From Phoronis australis (taxonomy: Eukaryota > Animalia > Phoronida), in the NCBI GenBank assembly GCA_002633005.1, contig NMRA01000029.1:698956-762955 (forward strand): 64,000 nt of DNA. Reading direction: 5' to 3'. The position numbers and the translations under genes were made by a program. Positions 27,090 through 39,540 of the stretch are shown here, piece by piece (position 1 is the first letter of the stretch; each line of letters opens with the position of its first letter). The notes beneath the pieces were generated by a model. That model had not been told where the DNA came from and did no database searches. It saw nothing but the letters and a program-made list of their open reading frames with translations.

Positions 27090-29490
27090 CCGTAATCGTT
27101 CGGGTTAACGCCCATGCTCAGTTAACCGCCCATCCCCGACTTTAAGTGGATTTTCGATTTAACCGCCCATTGCTCGGTTAACCGCCCCCCTGCGATTTTT
27201 TGAAGATTTCCAGTTAAGCGCCCATCCCCGACTTTTAAAGAATGAAGATTTAGCGCCAAGTGCTAAGGAAACGCGCGATTCCCCGACTTTTAGAAAAAGA
27301 TCGATGATCACAATGAGTGCAACGACGCCGGGACTCCGAGACGGTGGTTTAGCAATCTGAATTACAATACAGGTAACGAGTTATTGTCTTGGGTCATGAA
27401 CTCACTTCAAAATATAATACTTGAACCTTTTTGTCACTTTATTTTCTTCCCTTGTTTGCAAAGTTTAAGAACGCCGCCGGCGTCAAAACCTCCGCTTTCA
27501 GCGACTTTGTCTGCCGCGCTGAGTTTCCGTCTGCAGTGCACTAGATAAAACATATATTCGAAAAAATCAGGCCAGAGAAATGTGACAATGGTTTTGCCAA
27601 CCCTCCAAATTCTATTAAGGTGGGAAGCTCTCGTATTTTGAACAAATCTCACAACTCACGGAAAGATGTCAAATTCTCAATATTTTGATGAATATAACTG
27701 CCGGGTTATAGAGGATGTGGGGCGACCGAAGGGACAGTACAAGTGCCTTACTGGGTTACCGATTTCGTTGCTGCCTGTCGATTTCTGAATTCAAACGTTG
27801 GCAATAATGTATGTTTGTGTATGATCTTGAAGTAATAAAAAACGGCTAGTCAAATTTTGTTTTTCGCTTATTGCATCTCAGTCAAACTGGTTAGCAGATT
27901 TAACTAATGTCGCTGGCTGTTCTTTACTATTTCTTGCGTCAGCCCCCACGTAAGCGTGACTGTGTGAATTATCGTTTCCACATCCCCTTTTTAGCCATCC
28001 AGAATAATTTTGTTTATACATTGGCCATTTTCAGCCTGAACAAAAATTCTTACCATTCGAGTCTGAAATATCTACGACGTAGACTGCTTGACGATAGTGG
28101 GTAGGAGATTCACGCAGCTAGTTACAGGGATGGGCTTAGGGAGCATCGAGCCGGGAAATATGGGAATAGACTTGACATCGCAGTTTTGGGGAACATTGGC
28201 AACGGAGGAATATCGTTAAGAACTGGGTCTTTCGTAACAACAGCTTAAAAGTACATAGTCACGCCCGTTTTTGTTACTTCGTCGGACTGTCGCTATGTGT
28301 GACTGATTTGTAGTGGTGCACGTGCGCAAGTTCCCACACTTTGGAGTGCATGTTACCTTGACACCAACATGTGATTGACAGGTGACTCACACGTAGGCCC
28401 TACGTGCGTGCTGAATACCGCCACTATCTTTGGCCATAAAAAACGAGATGCATATTGAAAGAGGCCGTTATATTACTTGACGGCATTTCCAAGTCACGAT
28501 TGTCAGCCGACTGAGACATTGCGCGATAACAGCGGGACCGAACAGTGCCGCAGTGCGATATTACAAGTGATATAAATAGGATAATCTGGACATCTTGCAT
28601 GAAAAATAAATGTTTTTCCACCACGAAGTTTGGTAAGGTGATCGTTTAGAATAATGAATTGAAACATTGCTGTTTTCTGACATTTTGTAACATATTTATG
28701 CAGTTGCTTGAAATTTTATTCTTGATCGACGACTGGCTCGACCACCCCCGATCCTTGTCTTACTTCTTTGCATAGCATGTTTGGCGCAACGGCAAGAGAG
28801 CAATGCCGGGCTGTCGAGATAAGACAGCTAGCCGCAGAACCATACGCTGAAAATGTCATTGAGTCACGGAGTGTCGACTATAACATCCCAAACACAAAAA
28901 AAAACAAAGTTAAGTTTTTCAAACTTTTATTACAACCAATTTTAAAACTGCTCTCTGACTCAGAACTTGACAGCTACATATAGTACGAGACTGTAACCAT
29001 AAATTTGATGTCTGACCTCTGCAACACGTGAAGCTTGCACGTGCGCACTTAAGCAGGGTCACATCTTGAAACAGTTTTAATTCTAGCGGAGGCTGCGTGG
29101 TGACTGGTCGTCTGCGCACCGCAGGACGGCTATTACTCAGCAATTTTGTAAAATTAATTGTAAATGACTAATCTGAGGGCAAGAGAACCTTTGTTGGGAT
29201 CATCCGCTGTTATGACATTTTCACAGTCATTTGGCGACGTGACGATAAAGCTCTTTGAAAAGGGCTACGCGTTCCGAGTATGATTGCCGTTTCGGGATTT
29301 AGATCGCCAGGTAAGATTAACCGCCCATGGCGGTTGTCTGTCGTAATAAGCGCCCATGTTCGGTTAACCGCCCATCCCCTACTTTAGGTGGATTTTCGAT
29401 TTAACCGCCCACTGCTCGGTTAACCGCCCTCCCCCGATTTTTTGGATTCGCCAATTTAACCGCCCAAGGCGTTAACCCGAACGATTACGG
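27090..29490. mobile_element. Non-autonomous Tc1/mariner-superfamily element (Tc2/pogo-like, CCGTA termini)
   Basis: TA|ccgtaatcgttcgggttaacgcc ... ggcgttaacccgaacgattacgg|TA: perfect TIR with TA TSD and many ttaaccgccc subterminal motifs; no transposase ORF. Confidence 0.85.
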
Positions 29491-30960
29491 TATGTTCCCA
29501 TTGTGAAGAGGACGGTTGACGATGACAACTTTGACTACTGTGGCGCCTGACCTAGTGGTAGTTTTGATTTGTTTTGTTTTGCGCCATAGCTGTATCTCCT
29601 AAACCCACTACAGGATCTTTATTAATTTAATTAGTAAGTGTATTTATATGAAGTGAACAACAGACAGTGACAACTTTCAGGCGGATCCAATGAACAATGT
29701 GCCTCCTAGTGGCAATTTCATTTTATTCTGTTTTCCTTTGTTTCTCTTAAGTTACGTGATGGATTTCTATGAAATTTGGTGTATAGCTTTCTATCAAAGA
29801 AGCAATGACATTTTCCTGTGTTCGGATGGATTGTACGTTTTTGTGCCATCTAGTTACCATTTTTGTGACACAAATCAACAACCCTAAAAGCACACAATTT
29901 GTGATGCATTCGTGGGCACATTTCAACGCTCCGCGTCCTATACAATCTTATAGGATCTCTATGGAAAACCTTAAGTTATTCAGGCACTTGCATGACAATG
30001 TCAAAACCCAAAATTTTTGGGTACTTGTATAATGCCTAGGGTTTCCTATGAGAGAACTCGTTTGCCATGTAAAAATCACGTTATGTTTAAGTTGGCAGCA
30101 ACAGTGAATCCCATTATGCTTTTATGTTATTATTTTGAAAAGAAATGAGAAAGGTATATAAAGGCTACAAGACATTGCATCCATCAAATTAGATGTATGG
30201 TATACTCTTGGCTTTAAACAGTCCTGGTAACAGGAAGAATTACTAAGCACCTTCTTTGAGAAAGTTGGGTAGCATCCTGTCATCCTGTTCCAAATGATCA
30301 TTAGTTTCAAATATCTTTCAAACAGTTTTCATCATTATTTTGTTATGTCAGTCTTTCTTTCCATGTCTTTTGATTCTATGTTAAACTTCGAATGCCAAAA
30401 CTGGTAAATTTTGATTGTTAATGAAACTGCAATCTGGAAAGTTCAGGAATGGGTTCACAATTATCTAAACTAATTAAGTGACCAAAACCTCCCACTGTTT
30501 TGGTACTTCATGTTTAAAAAATAAATAAAAGATACTTGACTCACTTTCATCAGCGATTTCAATATTTTATTACCCATTGGGGCTGTAGGGGAAATAAACA
30601 TGGTAATTACGCCTGGTCTGGAAGGAGAACTTCAGGACATCAGAGGTTTGTGGTTTTCACAGGAATTTCAACCAACCCGGAAATGAGGAGAGGTTTTTCA
30701 GGTCAAGACCAGAACGCAATATGCAAAGAAAACCAATTTGTGTGTAATAACTACCAGACAGTAGTGCTTTCCACTTTAGTTCAGATCTGCATCAATACCA
30801 AGGCCATCATAGAAGTTGCCTGTGGCTAAAGGAATCTGAGTGGTTGCCAGTGTAAGCAAGAAATTCTCTACTTGCATCTGAATTTACGAAAGTAGCGAAC
30901 TAGTTTACCAAACAAGTATTGGGTTGGTTAAACGCATGACACTTTTCATTGATCACAGTC

Positions 30961-31131
30961 TTTCGAAATAACGTGTGTCTTTTAATTATGTCGCTAGGTC
31001 AGTTACTTTGTCTATGCTTCGAAGCATCTTGTGTCTTTTAATTATGTGGCTAGGTCAGTTACTTTATCTATGTTTTCGAAATATCGTGTGTCTCTTAATT
31101 ATGTTGCTAGGTCAGTTACTTTATCTATGTT
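30961..31131. repeat. Tandem repeat, ~56-57-bp unit x3
   Basis: ttcgaa...gtgtcttttaattatgt.gctaggtcagttacttt.tctatg occurs three times. Confidence 0.9.
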
Positions 31132-31301
31132 TGGTTGAGAGTAGTTTTGTTGCGAAAGTACGAACATAACGGAATAAAGACTGTGAAACTGAAAAAGTGT
31201 GGTGCATTTAACCAATTCTGTCTAACCGAAAAGTTGCTCCCAAAGTACAGCAAACAAGTATTAGAGATATTGGTTAAACAACGAGTGCAGTGCTATGTTT
31301 N

Positions 31302-31940
31302 ATAATACTTGAACCTTTTTGTCACTTTATTTTCTTCCCTTGTTTGCTAAATTTAAGAACGCCGCCGGCGTCAAAACATCCGCTTTCAGCGACTTTGTCT
31401 GCCGCGCTGAGTTTCCGTCTGCAGTGCACAAGATAAAACATATATTCGAAAAAATCAGGCCAGAGAAATGTGACAATGGTTTTGCCAACCCTCCAAATTC
31501 TATTAAGGTGGGAAGCTCTCGTATTTTGAATAAATCTCACAACTCACGGAAAGATGTCAAATTCTCAACATCTCGATGAATATAACTGCCGGGTTATAGA
31601 GGATGTGGGGCGACCGAAGGGACAGTACAAGTGCCTTACTGGGTTACCGATTTCGTTGCTACCTGTCGATTTCTAAATTCAAACGTTTGCAATAATGTAT
31701 GTTTGTGTATGATCTTGAAGTAATAAAAAACGGCTAGTCAAATTTTGTTTTTCGCTTATTGCATCTCGGTCAAACTGGTTAGCAGATTTAACTAATGTCG
31801 CTGGCTGTTCTTTACTATTTCTTGCGTCAGCCCCCACGTAAGCGGGAAATATGGGAATAGACTTGACATTGCAGTTTTGGGGAACATTGGCAACGGAGGA
31901 ATATCGTAAAGAACTGGGTCTTTCGTAACAACAGCTTAAA
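31302..31940 (+). repeat. Near-identical copy of the internal part of the 27090-29490 element, with an internal deletion
   Basis: Matches ~27412-27956 and then jumps to ~28152-28250; begins at an N. Confidence 0.9.
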
Positions 31941-32824
31941 AGACTGCCTGCACCGCCTTCGGCGGCTTGGCTGCGGCCCGCCTAAGTGCTACGACGGAGC
32001 CTGACTGCGCCGCCTTCGGCGGCTTGGCTGCGACCCGCCTAAGTGCTCAACACACTTGAACCTAATGGATTGAACATATTAAAAGCTTCTTAAATTATAT
32101 TCTTTACTTTTTTCCGCAACAATGTATCATGCTCATTACGCCATATATCAGAGGTCAATTATCATATAGTGTTTGATTTTACTTTATTTCTGTTTCTGTT
32201 GGTGAACAATGTTATTGTATCCTAAATTTTCAGTGATCCATTTTTGTTGTTTTATTTACGTATATTTATTTTACTTTTGGACAAACAAGTGTATCCTTTA
32301 GAGGATCTGGATCGCCTCTTTGAGTTTTGGATTTATTATCTACGTTATTTGTCAAAACTAGAAATGGTTCTGTATGTTCGGAACACGTGTTTTCACGTTT
32401 TTGTTATAAAAATTGATACTAAAACGAGGCATTTTGTCATGAAAAAACGCACAACAATGATTTTGCAGGGTCACCAAAGTGTGCATGTATCGAATGCTGA
32501 ATCTAAACACACACAAAAGCAATTTCATGAGAATTCACGCTCACGTGAGTTCTACATTTAGCATGCTCCTCGACAAATTCGTGATTATTTCAGCAGGTAT
32601 TTAAAACCTCTTTTATCATCGGATGCTTACGTTACTGAGGTTTTATCTCATTTTTCTATTCTTCACTTTTGTGATTAATTTAAATAAAATTCATACACTT
32701 GTTCCAAACAATTTTCCCATGAGCGTATTCTGTCAAGTAGTAGCCTCTGTTGTAGCCAGCCACATAGTTGTATGAAGACTATCGTCAAAATACAGCTAGG
32801 TGAAAATCATAGATAATAGACATG

Positions 32825-33072
32825 GGGCCCGTTCCAAGAAGATGACTTAAGTTCATTTTTGACTTAAGTCTAAGATTTGTCTTACCTTCCATACTTTGAA
32901 AATTCGACATCCGGTCAGATAGTTAAAATTAAGATTGAACTTTTATCAAAAACTTAACTCAAACTTAGGATGTCTTGCTTAAAACAGTCTCGAGACAAAT
33001 TTAAGTTTTATCTTTAAATTTACTTAAAATTTAGATTTGTCTTAGCTAAGTCAGTTTTGTTGGAACGGGCCC
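32825..33072. mobile_element. MITE, PIF/Harbinger-like
   Basis: ATG|gggcccgttccaa ... ttggaacgggccc|ATG: perfect 13-bp TIR with a 3-bp TSD. Confidence 0.8.
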
Positions 33073-33586
33073 ATGTACTATAGTCTATGGTAAAAATACA
33101 AAGCCCGGAGTCGGAGATCGCGTCCTTTTAAGGAACACTGAGTTTTTCTTGTTAAAACAATGTTTTTTACTCAAAGCCAATTTCAATTTTAGCAAAAAAA
33201 TACAGTGAATCTATAAAATACGCTTTAAGCATCTAGTCTCGCTTACTACACATCTTATCATGCTAAGCTTCCACCGTGAAAATATCGTTTGTAAAAGTAG
33301 GTTACCACTGGTTCCTAAGCATAATGTCCAAGTCAAAGGATCCCGACGACACGTAACCCGCATTCAAACTGTGTGGATCGATGATTTTACAAGTGAGAGA
33401 AGATGACAGATAAATTTTACTCAATTAAAGATGTCGTTTTTATTGAAATAGTGCGTCTTATTTTTCATAGCGTATAAATGTCTGTATAGTGCCGTTTGTA
33501 GAACATGCGATTATTGCATGTCCTCATTTAAGTATTCGCTTTCGCGTCCTATGACGTCGGCTGCTAAGTGGCACAGTCATAGACAT

Positions 33587-33792
33587 CATACACACACTCA
33601 GCCTAAAAAGTGGGGGGCTCGAATTTTTGGGAATGTGAATCGTTCAGAGCTGTGAATTGTGCGTTCGACGATTTTTGGACTTCTGGTATTTCCTGCCTTT
33701 TTAATGGACTGTTGTCTCGTTTTCTCGGAGTTTTTGTTTCTCTGAGGCGGACCTTTTTGTCCACTTTGCCCCCTCCCCCGAGTGCGCGTATG
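33587..33792. mobile_element. MITE with 5-bp TSD (hAT5-like)
   Basis: GACAT|catacacacactcag ... ccgagtgcgcgtatg|GACAT; a related copy in opposite orientation lies at ~36773-37028. Confidence 0.65.
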
Positions 33793-33809
33793 GACATAGT
33801 ATTAAGATG

Positions 33810-33925
33810 TCTATAGCACAGTGGTTAAGTCGACGACAAGAAACAGATGTGCAGCGGGTTCGAAACTAGCCAGCCAGCTAGCTGTATAAAGACTCGTCAA
33901 AATACAGCTAGGTACCACTGTGTGT
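33810..33925 (+). mobile_element. tRNA-derived SINE
   Basis: A box TAGCACAGTGG (33814) and B box GGTTCGAAACT (33857). The downstream body gctgtat.aagact..tcaaaatacagc recurs at ~32765 and ~35185. Confidence 0.55.
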
Positions 33926-35336
33926 ATTTCTTCCGTAGACCACGAAATTGCACACAGCCAGGGTAGTTCTGCTCGTCACCTCGCAGGGAAACTTGTATCA
34001 GCATGTAAAGCTAAAGACCGTACGGGATGCATGCAAAATCTGGGAATCATTCGACACTCACCTTGCCCGTTACAGCCGTTTAAGTGAAAAACAGTGCAAT
34101 AAACGTCATTTTCTTGCTCGTGTCACGCGCCTCGCTGGTTCCCTGCGTGCCGCTAGGTGGGGCGGTAGCCGTGCCAGCCGCAGGTATCACTTAATTTTCC
34201 TCGGTAAATTTTTTTTTACACCGGCGTTTTTACACCGGTTGGCTAGTCAAATTCTCAACAGGCAGCGCTTTACGCAAACAAACTGGTATGACTGATGGAC
34301 TGAATGGGGTCTGTTGTGCAGACAAATCGGGTGCTTAAAATATATGTTCAGGAAATGTGAAGCCTAGAAATTGTAATTGCGCCTTTTCGGGGTGCATCTT
34401 TCTACTGTCGATGACTTTTGTTTACGATAGTGTCCTGTATTCATACAGTATGAATAACACACCGGTTAAATCGGCCAGATATGTGTTTATTGTACATGTA
34501 TGTGGTTCAAGCACGCGGCTATTAAACATCACTGCAGAAACGAAATAGTTTCTGCGACGCCACTTGCATGACAAGGCTAAAAATCGTTCACAGCCCGCCA
34601 TATTTTCACGTTGTTGTAAAGCTAACCAATGACTGCCGAGGTTACATCGCCCAATGCTAAAGCGCGTGCCACTGCGTGATACCTGCGTGCTGGCTGGGCC
34701 AAGCACGCGGGGAACCAGCGAGGTCACGCGCACGCGCCATTTCCTAAATTTTGCGACATCTCTCGGGAGACGATGATAGCTTGGCAGCAGCAAAAGGTCT
34801 TCTGAAATTCGTTTTTTTGTAACAAAATCCTAAAAACTTATAATGAAGTGAAACCAGTTCCTATAATTTGTTGTGACGTGTACGCAAAGAACAACGAGTT
34901 GATTGAAGAATTGGCGAAAAAAGAAACTGGCCAATAGATGACGCAATATTTCATGGCGCCGAAAGCCGTCGCTAAAGATTGCTCCATAACATTAGCAGCA
35001 GATTAACGGTAGAAACCCATTTTTTAAAAACCCTGTTAGTTAATTAAGTTTACTCAAGGAAGACTGTAGTTTTTAATGACACTAATTTTGTGTCATATTT
35101 TATCTTACCAATTTTTTACCCACAACGGAGTAAAGCTGCATATTCACAGCTTTGTATCATTAAGGCTACTAGCCTGTCAGCTTGCTGCATGAAGACTATG
35201 ATCAAAATACAGCCCGGCAGGTACCCCGTGTGTTGAGCTCCGTTAGGCTCCACAACTTCGGCAGAAGGATAACCAGTTTTTTCGACACCGGTAAATAACT
35301 CATTACATGTAGTTTACTCAAGAAAGAGTGTTACCG

Positions 35337-36324
35337 TACGTTGGCCCAAAGATGACATCGCGCGTTTCTTTTTAATTATTTCAGGATCTCGAGATCCTGA
35401 CTTAATAATCTCGGGATCTAAGGATCTCAAGATCCCGAATTAATTATCTCGGGATCTCGATTCTATCAACATAGTCTGTTTTCAAATGCCCACCGGTCTA
35501 ACCTAATAAATCAGTGTCTCATACATCATCAGGACAAGTAAGCAAGGTCATCTAAAACACACAGTCAGTACAGCTATCAGGACGCATTATAGCAACAAAA
35601 CTTGGATGACAACGCTTTTGTTCAGAGCTTCCATTAGTCAACTGTAGTCCAGATAAGATGATCTGAGGAAAGGACAGAACTTAGATTCATCCCGCCAAAT
35701 CAGATTTACGTGTCTGATGTTATTGGGATGATTTTAAAGATACTCTTTTCGCTTAAAATTGCAACACTCTAGTTTTGCTGGCTGAAAAAAGAATAAAATT
35801 TGGCCTCTTACTCTTATAAAATCGGTTTCAAATGACAGGAGCCCTTGTTTTCTGTTATCAAGAATATTCCGGGATAGAGATGAAGCTGTTAGAGATCGTT
35901 TCGACTTAGGGCTGTCCTAAAAAGAAACTGAAGACATGCTCAGATATCACCTGTCATTATTAGCGTTAGACACCTGTGTTTCTTATCACTGAACTACACT
36001 AGGGATCGCGCGTCGTAAAAATTGACACATTGATGTTGTAACTGGTTTCATAGACCAATAAATATCAACGCCAGGGCAGCAGTACATGCACCACAAATGT
36101 GTCACTAATGGCTTATTGGTGAAATGAGACATTGTGGGAATCGTTCTTTCTGTTGTCGATCCAGATGGTGTGGCAATGTGATGCACCAGAAGAGTGTTTA
36201 CGTCCTGCGACACACTGAGGAAAATTATCTCGGGATCTCCAGATGTTGAGATAATTAAGTCGGGATCTCGAGATCCCGAGATGATTAAAGAAGAAACGCG
36301 CGATATCATTTTTGGGCCACCGTA
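35337..36324. mobile_element. Non-autonomous TIR element with long TIRs built of gatctcg/cgagatc motifs
   Basis: tacgttggcccaaagatgacatcgcgcgtttctt ... aagaaacgcgcgatatcatttttgggccaccgta; the inverted match extends ~100 bp, with TA at both ends. Confidence 0.8.
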
Positions 36325-36772
36325 GAGTATAGGTTTTAATGACATCAATTTTGTGCCGTGAAATCGTTTTTCGTGTTCACCAAGGCTGTCTCTGCTGAGG
36401 CCGTGGTATAATTTATACTCGAACCGGAACATGAATTGTCTTTGACATTTTCTGGTCTCAAGGACTCAAGGTAAGTGTATATCAGTCTTGCTCGAGTACG
36501 TTACAGAATACTTGGACCCCTATGCCTCGTTCGCACTTGATGAATTCAACACTGAAACCTTATGGTCGAGTCACAGACACCCGACTCAATGACTCAAACT
36601 ATAAAAAGTTCTTTTGATTACTATTACTCAGTGTTTTTGTCAGTGGTAGACACGAGGCACAGATAGATTAAAGTGCCTGTGGTTCGAGACTTAACAAGAA
36701 TGAAAGTTTATAATCTAGATACCGTGTTTTTACTAGAGCTTGTAGGTCGGTTGTAAGGATGATTACTGAAAA

Positions 36773-37028
36773 TGATGCGAGCACCCAGGGGGGCTCAGGG
36801 GGTCGAACGAGCGCCCCATTTGGTGAAGTGTGCGAAAAGGTCCGCCTCAGACAAACAAAAAGTCCGAGAAAATGAGATATAAGTCCGCTAAAAGGTGGAA
36901 ACAATTCACAGCACGTACAGCTCCGATCGTGGTTCTTTTTTTTAGTTGACTGACCGACTTTTTTGTCAGTAAAAGGTCCACATCGCCAGCAATTCGAGCC
37001 CCCATATTGAAGGCTGGGCGCGCTCATG
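36773..37028. mobile_element. MITE, same family as 33587-33792, inverted orientation
   Basis: Internal gtccgcctcagacaaacaaaaagtccgagaaaa closely matches the reverse complement of ~33720-33752; GC-rich termini. Confidence 0.6.
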
Positions 37029-38026
37029 TAAATGTGAACTTAGACTAAACGTATTTGTTTAAGCCATAATGTATTTGAGCACTGATCAAAATAGTGAGTT
37101 AAGAGCTGAGTGTTGACTATGACCATAATAACCATTTAATTGTCTTGAGTTCGCACAAAAAAGTATAAAATGTCAAAAAGCTTTCGTTAAGAATAATGTA
37201 ACTTTAGACAATCACTACTTTCATATTTTCAAACTGATACACTTTTTCGCATTTTAGGTTTTCTACGATTCACTACTATTGCCTGCAGTGGCTCTGGTAA
37301 GATTCGTTGTGTGTGCTGTTGCCAAAGTTATCAAAACCTCGTTATCGCGATTTCAACTATTTTCGTTTGTGTTTGTGATTCTGTCGGCGCCCAACGGACC
37401 TTTTTCACCATGCAAATGCTTAAAATGAGATATCCCTTTTGTCATAAAGGGAAGTACACACGTTCGCGTAAGCCCTTAAAAAGTGACATCCCGTTGGCTA
37501 TTCTTGTCTTCGCACAAGGGGGGTTGGTACCGGGACCATGGGGCTTCTAATCCGTCAATGCAGATTACGGATTAAAAATCTCCGTTACCTACGAAAGCCA
37601 ACACAAGCGTGTGCGTGAGAGGGTTTACTTTTGCTGTCGTGATAAGAGTGACGACAACCTAGTGACAAGTAATCCCTAAGAAGTGAAGAACATATGCGCA
37701 GATGACGTTTCCGATTCAAATACATGTGACAACGCTGAGGCACGGAGTTGCAACCGACAATGTATCCTTGCTAATAACAGCTACGCCACCTAAACGGCAA
37801 TCACAACCTCCCGACGCCCACGAAACCGAGGAGACCTCGCTGGCAAGGGCAACGTCATCAGTGGATAAAAATCAAACAATTTCCGTNCCCCCCCCCCCCG
37901 CCACTATAGTCAGTTCTTTCGAATCCCACAAATCTTACCTATTTTATTTAATGAGCAAATTTTAGACCACTTTCAAAACAACAAGTGACCCAACTGGTCA
38001 AAAATTGTTATTCTCATTGTCACTTA

Positions 38027-38712
38027 AAGAGGCATGGAACGCGAATGCTCGTCACAATTATCTTTTAGACAATTCCAGACGAAAATACCAGCTCGCAACG
38101 TCTAGTACAGAGGAATTTGCTTTCCACTTTTTGGAAATTTGCAGAAAAATTTCAAATTTTACGATTTTTGAAATACGCGCAAAGGAAAAACTCTGTGGTT
38201 ACCAAAGAGTTTTTAATCTCCCTCCCACTTATGAAAAATGCGAGAGTGCTCTCACAGTCAGTTGCTTGAAGCCGCTTGAGGTCAAAGGTTACATTTTCCA
38301 TATTAGGGAAATGTGCTACGTTTTTGTCTTGCCATACCACATGAGGGGACGTGCTTTACCCTGTGAGAGAAAAATCGACGAAATGGCTAGCAGCTGACAG
38401 ATCATTTTTTTCTAAATTTGAAAGTAAAAAGAAAATGCTTTGATTTCAACCGAAATTAGAAATCTTTACGAACACACCCTAAAAATACCTGGTGAGCCGG
38501 TTGAATTCTGCTTCAGTGGCGGAGAACCACTTTCAACATTGCAATTTAGTCAGTTTTTAGCGTTTCAGGCCTCTTTAACTTTTTGCCATAACAATGCACA
38601 ACTGTTACCGTTATCAATCCTCAAATGTTTGGAACCGACGTTGAAAACAACTTACTGAGCCTATTATATTGGAAAGCTCTGTGCGACGAGTTGCATGTCA
38701 TAAACATTCCCT
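38027..38712. mobile_element. Possible Kolobok-type MITE
   Basis: ttaa|agaggcatg ... cattccct|ttaa; weak TIR match with TTAA flanks. Confidence 0.35.
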
Positions 38713-39384
38713 TTAAATGATCCAGCTAGACCAGGACCAGTTTTATCCACATCCTTTCAAGAACAACTTCTATTGTCAGTTAGTGATGTAGTTAATTAGG
38801 TTGTAGTACGCCATGCTGGAAACTATTTTTATTTGGAGAACTCACGGCTTGGTTTTTGTTGACAAAATTGTTATTACGTATTGTCATCGGTTTTCATATC
38901 TCATGGTGAGAAAGGAAAAGTATGGCGATGATGCTTTCAAACTGATATGATCTGGTGAGAAACAGTAATTACCTTTACTGTATAATCTAGTGAATAGAGT
39001 CACTCTATTGAAAACAACCATTCTATTGTGAATGGAGTGTGAACTGGTCCATGACATTGGAGAAATTCAAAAGATTTCTTCAAATCGGTCCTTATCTCGT
39101 TGAAAGGAGATGTTTACAGCATGGATCGTCTTCTGGGAGATAAAGCGCAAACCCATGGCCACTGAATCGAGGGGTGAAAGTTCTGTCACAATGATGAAGA
39201 CATTTTACATAATATTGCAAAATCATGCTTTTAGGTCTGGGGTGTAGTGCACTTGTAAAAATGCACTGTCAGGCTAGATAACAGGTTTCGGACGAAATCA
39301 CTAAGCAGGGAGTTGTGCTGTTTAAGGAACACACACGCGTGCTTGGCATATATGGATCGATAGGTGATGTAACTCTTTTCATAG

Positions 39385-39540
39385 ATGCCATTTGGTCCGA
39401 GTGGTTGGAAGTAGTTGGAAGGTTCACAGCGACATGTGGTTTTGATATGTACCGAGTACAACAACGCACTCGACAAGGAGAGACGCAAACCAGGATTACG
39501 ACAGCTTCCGACTTACGTTGCACTCCGTTCAGACAATGTC
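39385..39540 (+). CDS. Exon (phase 1-1, 156 nt) encoding a divergent thrombospondin type-1 (TSP1) repeat
   Basis: ttttcatag| ... |gtgagt; encodes DAIWSEWLEVVGRFTATCGFDMYRVQQRTRQGETQTRITTASDLRCTPFRQC and splices in frame to the next exon (RQCP-IDGSW). Confidence 0.7.

Larger units (their letters stand above)
23955..29950 (+). mobile_element. Non-autonomous Helentron-associated element (HINE/DINE-1-like) with an internal tandem array, interrupted by two nested transposons
   Basis: 5' end is ttttt-atgcgcccac (23960) with nearby inverted ggacgcat and a ccgtctgtcc microsatellite-like tract. 3' subterminal inverted repeat gtgggcacat (29912-29921) is followed by the short hairpin acgc-tcc-gcgt. Internal ~146-bp units continue across both insertions. 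Confidence 0.7.

Noticed and set aside
36431-37296. Possible first exons (signal peptide) of the TSP1 gene at 36431-36470 and 37258-37296
   Set aside because: Good splice signals, but an in-frame TGA at codon 5 and no homology evidence.
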